Below, one piece after another: positions 48,568 to 62,902 of a stretch of DNA of 64,000 nucleotides. Source of the stretch: Chrysomallon squamiferum. Taxonomy: Eukaryota > Animalia > Mollusca. The stretch spans positions 28,706,001 through 28,770,000 of the forward strand of contig CM022671.1 in NCBI GenBank assembly GCA_012295275.1. Reading direction: 5' to 3'. The position numbers and the translations under genes are program-made. Position 1 is the stretch's first letter; each line of letters starts with the position of its first letter. The notes under the pieces are model-generated. The model had not been told where the DNA came from and searched no databases. It saw nothing but the letters and a program-made list of their open reading frames with translations.

Positions 48568-49450
48568 TTAGTACTACTGCTACAACTTAAACTACAACAA
48601 CAAGTACTACCGTTAGTGCTGCTATTAATACAGCTACCACTACTACTACAACAACAACAACTGCTTCTATTACTACTACTACTACTACTATTAGTACTAC
48701 TGCTACAACTTCAACTACAACAACAAGTATTACTGTTAGTACTGCTATTAATACAGCTATCACTACTACAACAACAAGTACTACTACAGGTACTGCTATT
48801 AATACTACGACTACTACGACTACAACAACAACACGTACTACTACTAGTACTGCTATTAATACTAGTACTACAACTACTACTACTGCTACTACTATAACTA
48901 CAACAAGTACTACTACTAGTACTTATTTAATTATACTACTACAACTATTAGTACTACTACAAGCCTAGTGCTGCTACTATTGCAGTACAATTATTACGAC
49001 TGCAGTAGTAAAATAGGAAAGCATTTAAGAAAGTGGATGTTATATTATTAAACGAATTCTTCATGTAGTTGTAATAGTAGTAATAGTAGTAGTAGTAGTA
49101 GTAATAAAAATAACTGAAATAATAGTAGTTTTAGTAGCAGTAGTAAAAATAACTGTAGTAATAATAGTTCTCATAGCAGTAGTAGTAACTGTTTGTAAAA
49201 GTAGTGGTAATAGTAGTACTGTAGTAGTAGTACATGTGGATGTTGTTGCACTAGTAGTAATGCTGATAGCTGTAATAGTGGTATTAATATTAGTAGCAGT
49301 AGTAGTTGTTATAGTAGTAGTAAAAGTAGTGGTAGCAACTGTAGTAGTAATAGTTGTAGCAGTAGTAGTAAAAGTAATGGTAAATGTTGTTACTAATGTT
49401 GATGTTCTATTTGTAGAAGTAATATTAATATTACTCATAATTATACAGTA
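48505..49450. repeat. (CTA/CAA)n-rich block followed by (TAG/TAA)n-rich block
   Basis: Direct observation; degenerate trinucleotide repeats in opposite orientation. Confidence 0.85.
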
Positions 49451-50358
49451 GTTTATATAATAGTATTAAAATTCTTACTAATTCTACTAATGCTAATCTT
49501 TGAATCAGTTATTGAAGGAGGTCTTCAGGGATTTGTAGTCTTATAATTATTACTTACATAATATCAGTGATAGTCTATTACCACCGGTCACCTTTGTGGT
49601 TGGGGGAAGAAGTCAAGGGAGATTACTCAAATCAATCTACCGAAATATTCTGTACTGAGTTATCTCTATTCATTTGGGAAAAATAACACCATAAAAGTGC
49701 GTTTATATGTTGAAATAAATAAATAAATATTTATCACTAAGAATTTATCATATATATGTATACATAAACACATATATATGGGTATGGTAGTTTGTACCTA
49801 AGATCAGTTACTCAGAAAAAAATTGTTTTCAAAACGTAGATCAAAGGTTCAAGCAGGTCTTTTAAAATTTATTTCTAAAACAGTATCAAGTTCGTGCTCC
49901 TTAATATAAAGAACCGATTCATATTTTATGACTTTTTTGTTGTTGTTGTTCTTCTTCTTCTCTATGCTTTAATTGGATGTATTCATCTAAAGATGGGTGG
50001 TTGCGTGAACGACATTCATCGTAATAACACTGTGAATATTTTACGAGGTGCTCTGATTATTACAGAGTTACTCACGAGTGCAGGTGATGCTGATAACAGT
50101 TCGAAGTAGTTCCGGCGACATTTTGTAATAAAAGAGAAAATGCACGCCTGTCGTGGGCCAGTAGTGTAAGAGCCTGGTCTTATTTTCTCCAGTTTTAGTG
50201 TTAATGTGTATGTATTTATGTGCGATTGTATTTGTGTTTGTGTATATATTAGTATATGTGTAAATATGTGTATATATGTGTATATATCTGAATGTGTGCG
50301 TATATGTACCTATGTGCAGTTATGTTTGTCTTTGTGTATGTATTTGTATATGTGTAAA

Positions 50359-50411
<53 letters not shown>

Positions 50412-50939
50412 CTGAATGTGTGCATATATGTACCTATGTGCTATTATGTTTGTGTTTGTGTATATATTTGTATACATGTAAATATGTGTATATATCCATG
50501 TATTTCTGTATGTGTGCATATATATTTCTGTGTGATTATGTTTGTGTTTGTCTGTATATTAGTATATGTCTAAGTATATGTGTGTATGTATGTCTCTCTC
50601 TGTGTGTCGATACTTGTATCTAAGTGCGGTTATGTATGTGTCTGTGTATATATCTGTGAATATGTGAGTATAGGTATGTATTTGTGTGCATATACATATG
50701 AATAAAAGACATACGAATTCACACTCATATATTGATGTTGGTGTATATGTGTCAGGGTGTCTGTCCCTGCAGATACAGAAACTCCCACAAACATTATACT
50801 CTATCAGTATGTGCATAAATGCACACACAATTACATACACTGAAACGTATGCACACGCATGCACACATAAATAAAAAAATATTACGTACGTACATACATA
50901 CATATGCACAAAGGCACTTACTATATATATATATACACA

Positions 50940-51183
50940 TACATATAGATATATTGTTTTATGTGCGTGCATGCGTGCGTACGTGTATGTGTGTATATAT
51001 CTTTTGTGCGTATGCGTGTGCATATGTATGTGTGTGTGTAATAGTTATAAGAAAGAGGAGGTAGTATTTTTCAGTACGTCAGTGGTTGTAGCCAGTTTCG
51101 GGGTTCGATCTCCAGCCACGCTGAGGTTAATAACTTGACCCGTTCTCCTGTTGTGAAGAAATGTGAAACCTGCGAGTTAATTA
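50940..51183 (+). repeat. ~245 bp dispersed duplicate (copy 1 of 2; copy 2 at 62655-62902) containing a B-box-like GGTTCGATCTCC
   Basis: Near-identical sequence from ttttatgt.cgtgcatgcgtgcgtacgtg to gaaacctgcgagttaatta. Confidence 0.9.
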
Positions 51184-51437
51184 AATATTGTCTAAACGGC
51201 AGACACAGCCGGCCTTCCAGCGGAAATAAACATAAAATATTAACACGTGGCAGACATGCGTAATCTGCCCATTGATTGAGCAGTAAGTGTGTTAATATTT
51301 CAACCTTAAAGGGCAAAGCCAAAAAAAAGAAAGAAAAGAAAATGACGCACGAAAAGAAAAGTTGTGTCTCAGTTTGTGTTTTTGTTTAGTGTAAGCCTGT
51401 TCTTATTTATATGTGCGTGTGTTTATATGTGTATCGT

Positions 51438-51474
<37 letters not shown>

Positions 51475-51696
51475 GTATGTTTTTGGTTATGTGTGTATGC
51501 TAAATATGTATATATAAATGTATATGTGTAAATGTGTGTTTACATATGTGTATGGTGTGTGTATATGTATGTGTATTTTGTGGATGTATGTGTTTATATA
51601 TAAATGTACGTATATGTGTGTAAATCTAAGTGGGTATTTTTTGTAACTGTATGTACATTTTCTGTATGTGTGTGTGTGTGTATAGAGAGAGAGATC

Positions 51697-51838
<142 letters not shown>

Positions 51839-51963
51839 CAGTGAGAGAAAATTTAAATCGTATATCATATGAATACAACCAACAAAACTACAACAGCATG
51901 CATAAAATCATTAAATCCTTTTGGTTTCATTTTCTACCACGTAAATTATTATTTTCTTTTTTT

Positions 51964-52001
<38 letters not shown>

Positions 52002-52391
52002 TAATTTTGTTTCTAATTTTTATCAAAATAATTGGAGAAAAAAAAAAAATTAAAAAAATTAAAACACAAATAAGATTTCGTTGTGATTAACCAATCCAAT
52101 CTTTCACAACCACAGAAAACGTGTAATTAGAAGGATCTGTTTGATATAGATTCCATTTCTTTCTCTTTTTTCCCTTCATCGATTGAAGAAGGATGGGGAC
52201 AGGTCACGAAACAAGAAAATAAGTTAGAAAAAAACACCACACTGCCGACTGATCCTGCGTTTACATGTGTTTTTAGCTGATTAATTACTTCTCTGATTTA
52301 ATTTTGTTATAAAGAAGAAGGAGGAGGAGGAGAAGAAGAAGAAGAAGAAGAAGAAGAAGAAGAAGAAGAAGAAGAAGAAGAAGAAGAAGAA

Positions 52392-52430
<39 letters not shown>

Positions 52431-52708
52431 ATATTATTTTGAAAATATTATGTACATCTTTCAGTATTCCTCAATGAAGGTTGATTACTGCTTGAGAAAA
52501 TAAATAATGTAATTCATTCTTGAAATGGTTTTGGAGAGAGAAAAATAGGGGTTAGAGAGAGATTATTATTATTATTTATCGAACATGATGATGGTGATGG
52601 TGTTGATGATGCTCCAGGCGTAGTTATGTTATTGATATGTCCATTTATGACTGTTCGATTTGTAAACTGTTCATTGTATTCCTTGATAACTCACAGCTTA
52701 AAATAATT

Positions 52709-52798
<90 letters not shown>

Positions 52799-53183
52799 CG
52801 TCGAATAAGGTAACACAGATTGAGAACGAGAGAGAAATTATTCCGTTAGAATAAATTTCTTGCACTGCGGATTTTTAGATTCAAACCTTTAACTGTGTAT
52901 AATATTTTGCTATTATCATTTCCTAGAAACGCCAGAGAAGTAGCTACCTTTTTTTTCTAGCACGTTATGAAATGTGTTTAGAACTGCCAGTAGTTATCAG
53001 TGTATTGTTTGTTTTAGATATAGATAGACAAGGCCAAACACGTGCCTGCACCTGGGTTCTGATAAATATTTCCTGCCGCGAGAAACAAAGTAAAGTATGG
53101 TATCAGTTTAACAAAAGACCAGTAATACATTGGGAGATCGAGTTATTATGAAGAAAGAAAATAAAATAAAAACACGTATTCAA

Positions 53184-53294
<111 letters not shown>

Positions 53295-53339
53295 AAGAGA
53301 GAGAGAGACAGAACTTTGATAGGTAGGTAGGTAGGTAGG

Positions 53340-53375
<36 letters not shown>

Positions 53376-53381
53376 ATGAAT

Positions 53382-53511
<130 letters not shown>

Positions 53512-54436
53512 GAGGGGGTGAGTTAAACCAAACCAAATATCCATTGGTTTCGTTCTATTTGTTATTTATTTTATTTTGTTTTATTTTATTTTACTTTACC
53601 TTTTATTAAACAAAATATATATAATCTGAGCTGTAATTTGATCGATCCTCTCTTGCATATTTCATAGTTCATTTCCTACTATTTCTCTCTCTGTATGTCT
53701 GTCTGTCTGTCTGTCTGTATCTCTATCCGTCTCTCTCTGATAAAACATCTCTATCTGCTGATCTCTAAGATTGGCCAGTTGTGTCAGTACAGCGAATCTC
53801 AGATCATCAGTATATCCGACAGTCATTACAATACCTAATAAAGGTTAATATTAAAATATATCAATGTATCGTTAAGCACTCACTCATTCATTTATTTGTT
53901 CATTTATTGATTCGTTCCTATTATAACAAATTGTCCATGTACACCTATTATTTTTCTGTGACGTTCTTTTTTTTCCCTCAAGGAAATGATTTTCATTTAT
54001 TTTTTAATAAATCTAGTGAGCGGCGGAAATGATTAAGGAGCGTCCTGCATCTGCAATCCACACCGAGTTGTCTAATCTTGCTCTGATATATCACTTCTAG
54101 GGTAAAGGTAATTCGCGTAATTAAAATAACGGTTTTTCAGGCCAACCTTGTTTATTTTATTTCTGGCAGGGTTCCGTTTTGAAATACGTATGTAATGGTA
54201 TGAGGCTGTGTAAATGTAGCCGTCTGTGTCAGTTTAATAAAAATGGTAATCGTTGTTGTAGCAGGTTAGTGATAGCAATGAAGATGGCCATGATAGCAGC
54301 AGTACTGTTTGGAGAAATTGCTAGCAACTGGAGCAGTGGTTGCAGATGTTCGTCTAAGTAAAGATAAGTAGAAACAGTTCGATTAGTGTATAACCTCTGT
54401 AATAATAATAAAAAATAAGAAAAATAAGAAAAATCA

Positions 54437-54509
54437 AGGTTTCGGCGAGGCTCGAACTCGCGACCTTCTGCGTGTTAAGCAGACGTGATAACCACTACAC
54501 CACGAAACC
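54437..54509 (-). tRNA. tRNA-Val (anticodon AAC)
   Basis: Revcomp is identical to the 5305-5377 gene; TTTTT terminator follows. Confidence 0.95.
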
Positions 54510-54557
54510 TGCTAAATTAATATCGTGTAAAAAATAAATAAAATACAAATAATATTA

Positions 54558-54892
54558 CAAGTACCGGACCAATTATCCGTCGTCCTGAAATCTGGAAAGA
54601 CCAGAAAACCGGAAGTTTCATTCCCGACACTATTTTCATAGTTCGCGCTGGTGTTGACCTCATCAGACCGGAACTACGCTTTCAAGCCGCGAGGCGTTCA
54701 TTCACTCGCCGCATTGTTTACATGTCGAGTCGCCACAGTTGAGTATCGTCAATTTTCTTTATGTTTTTAATTTTAAAATGTTTATGCCGAATTTTTTACG
54801 TATTTAGATGTCTTGGTACAAGAAAACCGGAAAATCCAGAAATCCGGAATGATTTAGACTCCAAGGAGCCCGGATAATTGGTCCGGTACCTG
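54558..54892. mobile_element. Tigger-like MITE, 335 bp, TA target duplication
   Basis: TA|CAAGTACCGGACCAATTATCCG ... CGGATAATTGGTCCGGTACCTG|TA (21/22 TIR match); subterminal AAA(A/T)CCGGAA repeats. Confidence 0.88.
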
Positions 54893-55241
54893 TATAACAG
54901 TCACGTTAACAGGCGAATTAAAGTGAAGAAAGAAAAGTTTTATTTAATAAAGTAATGAACACATTTTAACTTACTGTTACGTAGTGCCACGGCAAAACAT
55001 CACACAGATATTCAGAAAGAAAACCCAAGAAAAATGTAGATAATTTCGAATAACACCTAAATACCTTTATATGCGGCTTCTCATTGGGTCACTGGTTGGA
55101 ACGGGATATCGTACTGTGAATGGTCTCAGGATTCTGCCTGGATCTATGAAAGTTCAATGACAATTAATAATCTGTTTACAGAAAGCAAAAATTCTGATTG
55201 TTGAAAACACCTTTTCTAATATGAATTATTAAATCTCACTA

Positions 55242-55279
<38 letters not shown>

Positions 55280-56551
55280 CAAGAACATTTTCATCTCTAC
55301 ACACATGGACTAACGCACGCATACCCACAAATATAAAAAAAAAAAATTAAGATTTGTCTCCCTTCCACAATTCAAGATGGCTACACTAATCATAATTATC
55401 GCGTGGGAGTTTCAAAATACGAAACAGCAACTACTGGTAAGATAGAAAACAAAATATTTATTTACAGAAAACTGTTCATTTCCAGACCTCAAAACTGGCC
55501 TCTCTTCAACAAATTATCTTAGTAAACACACAGGGAGACAGACAGATAGATCGATATGCTAAACGCTAAACCGAGTAAGTAAAAGTTATCACAAAGTTCA
55601 AATCGCCGATCTAGGAAAAGGCCAACATCGTCGGCTTCGCTCTGTCTTTGACAGACATTTTTATGATGATTTCTTGGATGTGGCGAGATATTTTTCGCTC
55701 TATTTTTCGTCAATAAAAAAAAAAAAAAAAAATTAATCAATAGCAACTTTTAACGGAGTATTAAATTGCCCGTTTTACTGTTTGCTCAAAACACCAGTGG
55801 ATTGATTTATTTCGTGTAATGTCAATATCAGTCACAAGCGTTAATTTCATATCCGAGCGCGGAGCCGTTTGTCACTCGGCAGTTTGACAACACTTAGCAA
55901 AAACTGACATGCAAAAGTAATTTTCGAAACTCCTATTTAAAAAAGATAAATCCGTGCTTAAAATTGATTTTTTTTTTTTTTTTTTTTTTTTTCTCGCTTT
56001 ATTGACAGGAAAATTAATGTGAAATGCATTGGTTAAGTAGAGGCTAATTTCACAAATATTTTCGCAAAGAAAAAGATGAAAGAAAAAACAGAAAAAAAAA
56101 AAGAATACGAAAAATGAACAAAGAATAGTAGTGGAAAATGAAACCATAAAGACATACGTGATTTTCAGACATGAACTGGTTGTGATGATGTAATGATGTT
56201 TATGAAGTAAAGTTGTTTTTTTTTACAAACTTCTGGTTGGTTTCATTTAGTAAACTCCACCAGATTAATCAAAATAAATGTCAAACTCTTCAATAACTAA
56301 CTAATAACTAACTAAACTAACTACCTAACTATTTAACTAAAGAAAGAAAGAAAAGAGTTATAATAAAATCATACGTATTTAGAAATACAGTACAATAAAT
56401 AAATACTGGATAGGTTAAAAAAAAAAAAAATTAACTGGGTTTAGATTAAATTAAATTAATATGTTATGTAAGAAAATAAACAAATAAATATAACATAACA
56501 AGGACAATATTATTATTATTATTATTATCATCATCATCATCATCATCATCA

Positions 56552-56626
<75 letters not shown>

Positions 56627-56906
56627 GGACTACATCTAATTAAACAGGAGTGGTTCAGGCAGTTATTAATTATCAGTAATAATTTATATTACAATAAGAT
56701 GACATTTAATTATCTCACTGGAAAAACATTAATGGACCGGAAATGATGTGATTTTGTTTCTAATTAATGGCGGAAAACAGAAGAAGAAGATGACGAAGAA
56801 GATAAAAGAGAAAACGAAGAAAAAAATGAGACTGAAGAAAACAAGCAATACAAGAACTGTTTTCATATTAAGAAGATTTATTTATTTATTTATTTATTTA
56901 CTTTAA

Positions 56907-56959
<53 letters not shown>

Positions 56960-57284
56960 TCACTTATTTATTTAATTTACGTCTTAAAATCTTTGTGTCT
57001 CGTTTTCATTATGAGAACAATGGATTAATGCATTTTTTTTATCGGTCTAAATTTCAGGCGGTAAGAATTTCCCAGACTTTCTCTGTAAAAATCAGTCAGA
57101 TAGGACAGTTCTTGTTACTCCCCTTACCTTTTTTATCTCCAGTTCCAGATTTGTCACACTTAGACAAATAATTCGTATAATCATTGTAAAAAGTAAAACT
57201 GTGCTGGGTGGCTCTTCTTCAGCTGAACCGGATCGAACCGGTTACATGCAGCACGCCAGGCATATTAGTTCTCTTAATTTTTAT

Positions 57285-57452
57285 ATTATATATTACATTA
57301 TATTACATTATAGTATAGTATAGTATAGCATAATACAGTATAGTATAGTATAGTATAGTACAGTACAGTACAGTACAGTACAGTACAGTACAGTACAGTA
57401 TAGAATAGTATAGAATAGTATAGTATAATATAGTGTAGTATAGTATAGTACA
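57285..57452. repeat. (TATAG)n/(TACAG)n pentanucleotide microsatellite
   Basis: Direct observation. Confidence 0.9.
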
Positions 57453-57802
57453 GATAGTATTTATTTATTTAATTATTTTTATTATTATTATTATCTTTTA
57501 AAGTTTTATTTCAAACTGAAAGCCGCTCAGTTTAACAACAAAAACTGAAAAATGGATTTCTCCCATTCTCTTCAATTTTTTTTTTTTTTTTTTTGTTTCT
57601 TCTTCTGACTTTCTCAATCACTGAAACTGATCCCCAGAAGAAATTTCCATTGCATGCCAGCGCAAAATTACCGTTAACGTGTAAATTTCAGATTCTGATC
57701 AAATGAAATCATTTACGCTGAACGTAAGGAAATCGAAGACATTGAGCTAAAAAAAACCGTCACTCTGGCTGGAAAGACATCTGTTTGACACATGCGCATG
57801 CG

Positions 57803-57842
<40 letters not shown>

Positions 57843-58730
57843 CACGGTTGACTATCCTAAATCAAAGAAAGATGAAAATATGGATATTTGAAAAGAAATT
57901 GAAACGGGGATAAATCGACGGAGTCGAAACGAACAACAGAGCTAATGAACGTATTGTTTATAGTTCTGATACTGTAACAGATGTTACGACTCGAGAGAAA
58001 TGGAACGAGCCATAAACGTTATCGAGAGGTTTCAATATTGGAGCTGGTCATATAACTGTAGTTGAGTTTTGCCAAGCATTTTTTTTTATCAAGAAACATA
58101 AATGCCATGTAATAAGCGTGACAGATGATATCTGAGGATGTAATAAATGTTTGTAGAAGGTTAAGAAGATTGTCTAGATAAATTATTATGGGTTTTTTTG
58201 CGTGATGATGGGATATATTTAATTTATGTGTAATATTTGTGATTGAATTAGTGTTTAAATAAATGAATGAATAAATGACCGTATTAATGACTGATTGAAA
58301 GACTGACCGAATGAATGAATGAATAAATGATTGACTGAGAGACTGAATGAATGGCTCACTGAATGAATATATGAATTAATTAATCATAATTAATGGATGT
58401 TTATTATTAATGTGGTTTTCACATAACGAACTGTGATACTTTTTCACGTTTAGCCATAGAGTTTATTTTATATATATATATATTATATATATATATGTAT
58501 TTGTTGGGTTTTTTCACTTTTCACGACAGAAGTTGGTTGGAATGGGAAATTAAATGAATGAAAATTCCAAGACGAACATGATGATTTGACTAAGAAACAT
58601 AACAATGAAAAAAACATTAACAATTAATACTTGAGCTGGGGATATAAAATAACATACATGGTCTAGTTTAGCTTATGTCAACAGTGGTGATGAAAAGTCA
58701 CTTCACAGCCGAGATCGCGATGGGCGTTAC

Positions 58731-58763
<33 letters not shown>

Positions 58764-58951
58764 GGGATGTAAGGTTGATTATATAATAAATAATATTAAT
58801 GTGTGTTTAATTACTGATTATAGTAAAGGCATGACTATGATGATTCAGCCAGAAAAAGAAGAATAAAAACGAATGAAGAATAAGAAGAAAGAAAGATATG
58901 TAAAACATTTCATTATAAAGTGTTTCTTTTTTTAAAGAAGATAAGAAAATC

Positions 58952-59059
<108 letters not shown>

Positions 59060-59808
59060 CTGAAAAAGCAGAGTAAAAGAAAGACAGACAGAAGGAGAGA
59101 GTGAAAGAGAAAGGGAGTCTGAGGAAGGGAGAGAGAGAGAGTATGAGTTAGAGAGAAAGAAAAAGTATTCGAAGAACCAATAATATCGAAAAACCAAAAA
59201 AAAAGGAAAAGAAATAAAAATTACAACAAAAACAACAAAAAAATCCCCAAACAGCCCAGATCACAAAAAAACAAAACGAAACAAAGAGTTAATGAAGTTC
59301 TATGAACACTCTCAGCTTATGTTTTACAACCCTTTTGGCACTCACGTGCTACTTTTTCAATAACGGTACAGAACAACAAGAGAAAACGGCACTTAGCCAG
59401 GTATTACAGACCAAACACACGAAATGTACACGAATAACACTGAATTCTGCACACCAAGACAACAGTGCTTATAGTGCTATCTTTCCGCGTAATAACGTAA
59501 TGCACTTTGTTACTCGTCGATTTTTTTTTTTCCCAGCAAAGCCGCAATTTAGATATTACGCCTCTAAACATTTTGTTGCTTTCTTAGCGAGTGAGAAAAT
59601 TACTGCGTGTTACATAGTTCAGCTTGTTTTCATAGGATAATGTTATTAACCTAAAACATCTGAAGTGGTGAGCTTTTTTTTTATATATATAAATATATCA
59701 CAAATACTGTTATTAATCTTGTTTAGCTTCGAGGGATATTTAAAGGTAATGAATGTGTTTGCGCTTAAAGAAAGAAAAGTTGAGGCTAAGACGAAAGAGA
59801 AATTAAGA

Positions 59809-59910
<102 letters not shown>

Positions 59911-60214
59911 TAGAAATATATCAAATCATATTTGAATGGGAGAGAAAAAAAATTTAAAAAAAAAGAAATAAAAATAAAAAAGAAAAAAAGTGAATCAGAA
60001 AAACATAAAATTAAAAACGAAAAAGAAAAAAAGAGAAAAAAACAACAAAAAAAGATAGAAAATAAACCCGAAAAGAATTAAGAAAAAAAAAAAAAAAACG
60101 GAAAACGAAATCCGATAAAAAAAATTGAAAAAAAAAAGAAAAAAAAAGAGGCAAATCATTTAAAACATTACGTGTTTATTTTACGGCCAAAGTCAACGAC
60201 GAAGTGTTGAGATG

Positions 60215-60549
60215 CCAGTTTATAAGTACCAACACAACCACCAGGCGCTCTCTAACTCTCAGAAAGAAGAAATCAATTTCTGTTCTACGTCACTGCAAGT
60301 TTTCCTTCTTTTCAGTCGGAGGCTCTTCTAACGCCCGCTCATTCATTCGTGAGTTTCCGCGCGCTGTACTCCTGTGTGCACAGACGGCTACAGCGAGAAA
60401 GAGGCGCGACTCTGGAGTTGCAAAAACAAAACTACGTCTGACGTGAAATGACCGCGTTGTCAGGATGGTAGCTCGCGACTGCAGGACGTTACAAGTGAAC
60501 TGTACGCAGATGGAAACTGAAATTGAGTGGAGAGCATTTTTCAATCGAG
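60215..60549 (+). promoter_or_regulatory. CpG-rich putative promoter/first exon of an unidentified plus-strand gene
   Basis: TTTATAAG at ~60219, CpG-rich 60240-60510, strong donor GAG/GTAAGT at 60549/60550; possible short frame from ATG 60465 (MVARDCRTLQVNCTQMETEIEWRAFFNR). Confidence 0.4.
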
Positions 60550-60824
60550 GTAAGTGCAAATTTCTTTAGCGTGACTTTGTCAGTGTTTGTTTTTAAATGT
60601 ATTTAGGGTGAGGAAAATGTGATCGATATCAACGATTTCCTAACGAAATGTAGGAAATGTGTGATTGTGGAATATATATATATATATATATATATCAAAA
60701 GTTAAGGGGAAAATCCATAATTTCGATATTAAAAAAAGGGATGTAGAGGCCAAATGACTGTGATGGGTATAGCTTTCAAGTCTAAACAATTAAATTAGCT
60801 GGTATATGAAATAAATGAATAAAT

Positions 60825-60966
<142 letters not shown>

Positions 60967-61171
60967 GTCAGACAGACAGACAGACAGACAGACAGACAGC
61001 ATTAATCCAGTCATTAATAAAATTAAAAATTTAATAAAATGAAATAAAATAAATAACACTAACACTGATAAGAAGAAAAGTAGCAACAAAAACAACAACA
61101 ACAGCAACAGTAATACTAATAGTTATAATAATAATAATAACAATAATAATAACAACAATAATAATAAGAAT

Positions 61172-61219
<48 letters not shown>

Positions 61220-62481
61220 CGGACAAAAGAAAATACGAAAAACATGGGCTTACTAATATAATCACAGACCCTACTTCTAATACTCCTGGGCAAGTGCTAA
61301 ATCGTATCGTTACGTACGTAATCATATACGACTGGTTTGTGCCGTTGTTTTATTCCGTGGTTAATTGTACGCATGGGCTGGAGGGAAGCCGAGGGGATTC
61401 ACAAAACAGATCTGTAAGAAAAATCAATAAGTCTTAGATTTGGGTGGAATCCTTTTTGTTAGCAAAGCGGATTTCTTGTTAATTGTAAAGTCTCCGGAGA
61501 CGCGGTAAGTAATGTCCGAGAAAAAGCTATCACTTTATACGAAATGAATTTCTTCACGTGGATCGATCTGTACGAGACATCCCGCTTTTTGCTGATGTGT
61601 GGGTAAAACAGCTGCCTCCAATGAGTGTGCGTGCGTGCGTGAGTGAGTGAGTGAGTGAGTGGGTGTATGTATGTGTATGTGTGTGAGCTGTGTGTGTTAT
61701 GTGAATGTCCGTATGGGTATGTGCATGTGCTTATAGACATGCGTGAATGTATGTATGGATGGATGTATGTATGTATATATGTATGTATGTATGCATGGAT
61801 GTATGTATGTATGTGTGTAGGTAGGTAGGTAGGTAGGTAGGTAGGTAGGTAGGTAGGTAGGTAGGTAGGTAGGTAGGTAGGTAGGTAGGTAGGTAGGAAG
61901 GTAGGTAGGTAGGCAGGTAGGTAGGTAGATAAGAATTTGTATGTTTTTATGTATGAATGAATGTATATGTGAATATATGTGTGTCTATATCTCTGTGTGA
62001 GTGTGTGTGTGCGTGTGTGTGTGTTGTTTCTTTAAATGTATACATACATGTGTATATGTCGGTGAAATGAAACAAAAATTCATTGTCTGATTAATCTATA
62101 AAAACATTACTCAAGGTCATACACACAGCTATATATGTGTGTGTGTATGTGTGTGTGTGTGTTCATGCACAAAAATACACCCACGCATGTATCATTTCAC
62201 TTTCAGCAATAACAATTCAAAATAACAGGTGTCTGTTTCTGTTAACTTTGTGTTACTATTTTACGGCTGTGTTTTATGTATTCATATCAGCTGTCATCTT
62301 CTAGCTTTGAACCTTGCAGTTTAAAATAGAATACATGCTGAAAAGCTTAGTAATTTTAAACTCCGTAAGAAAAAGAAATAAGAAAAACATACATACGTAC
62401 AATGACTTTGTATATATATATATGTACGTACATATGTATGTATGTATGTTTTTAATATTTATTTATAGATAGTTAGACAGG

Positions 62482-62517
<36 letters not shown>

Positions 62518-62554
62518 GATATCTATCTATACATACACACAAACATACACACAC

Positions 62555-62902
<348 letters not shown>

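Noticed and set aside
48490-48897. Q/L-rich 135 aa ORF
   Set aside because: Trinucleotide-repeat translation.
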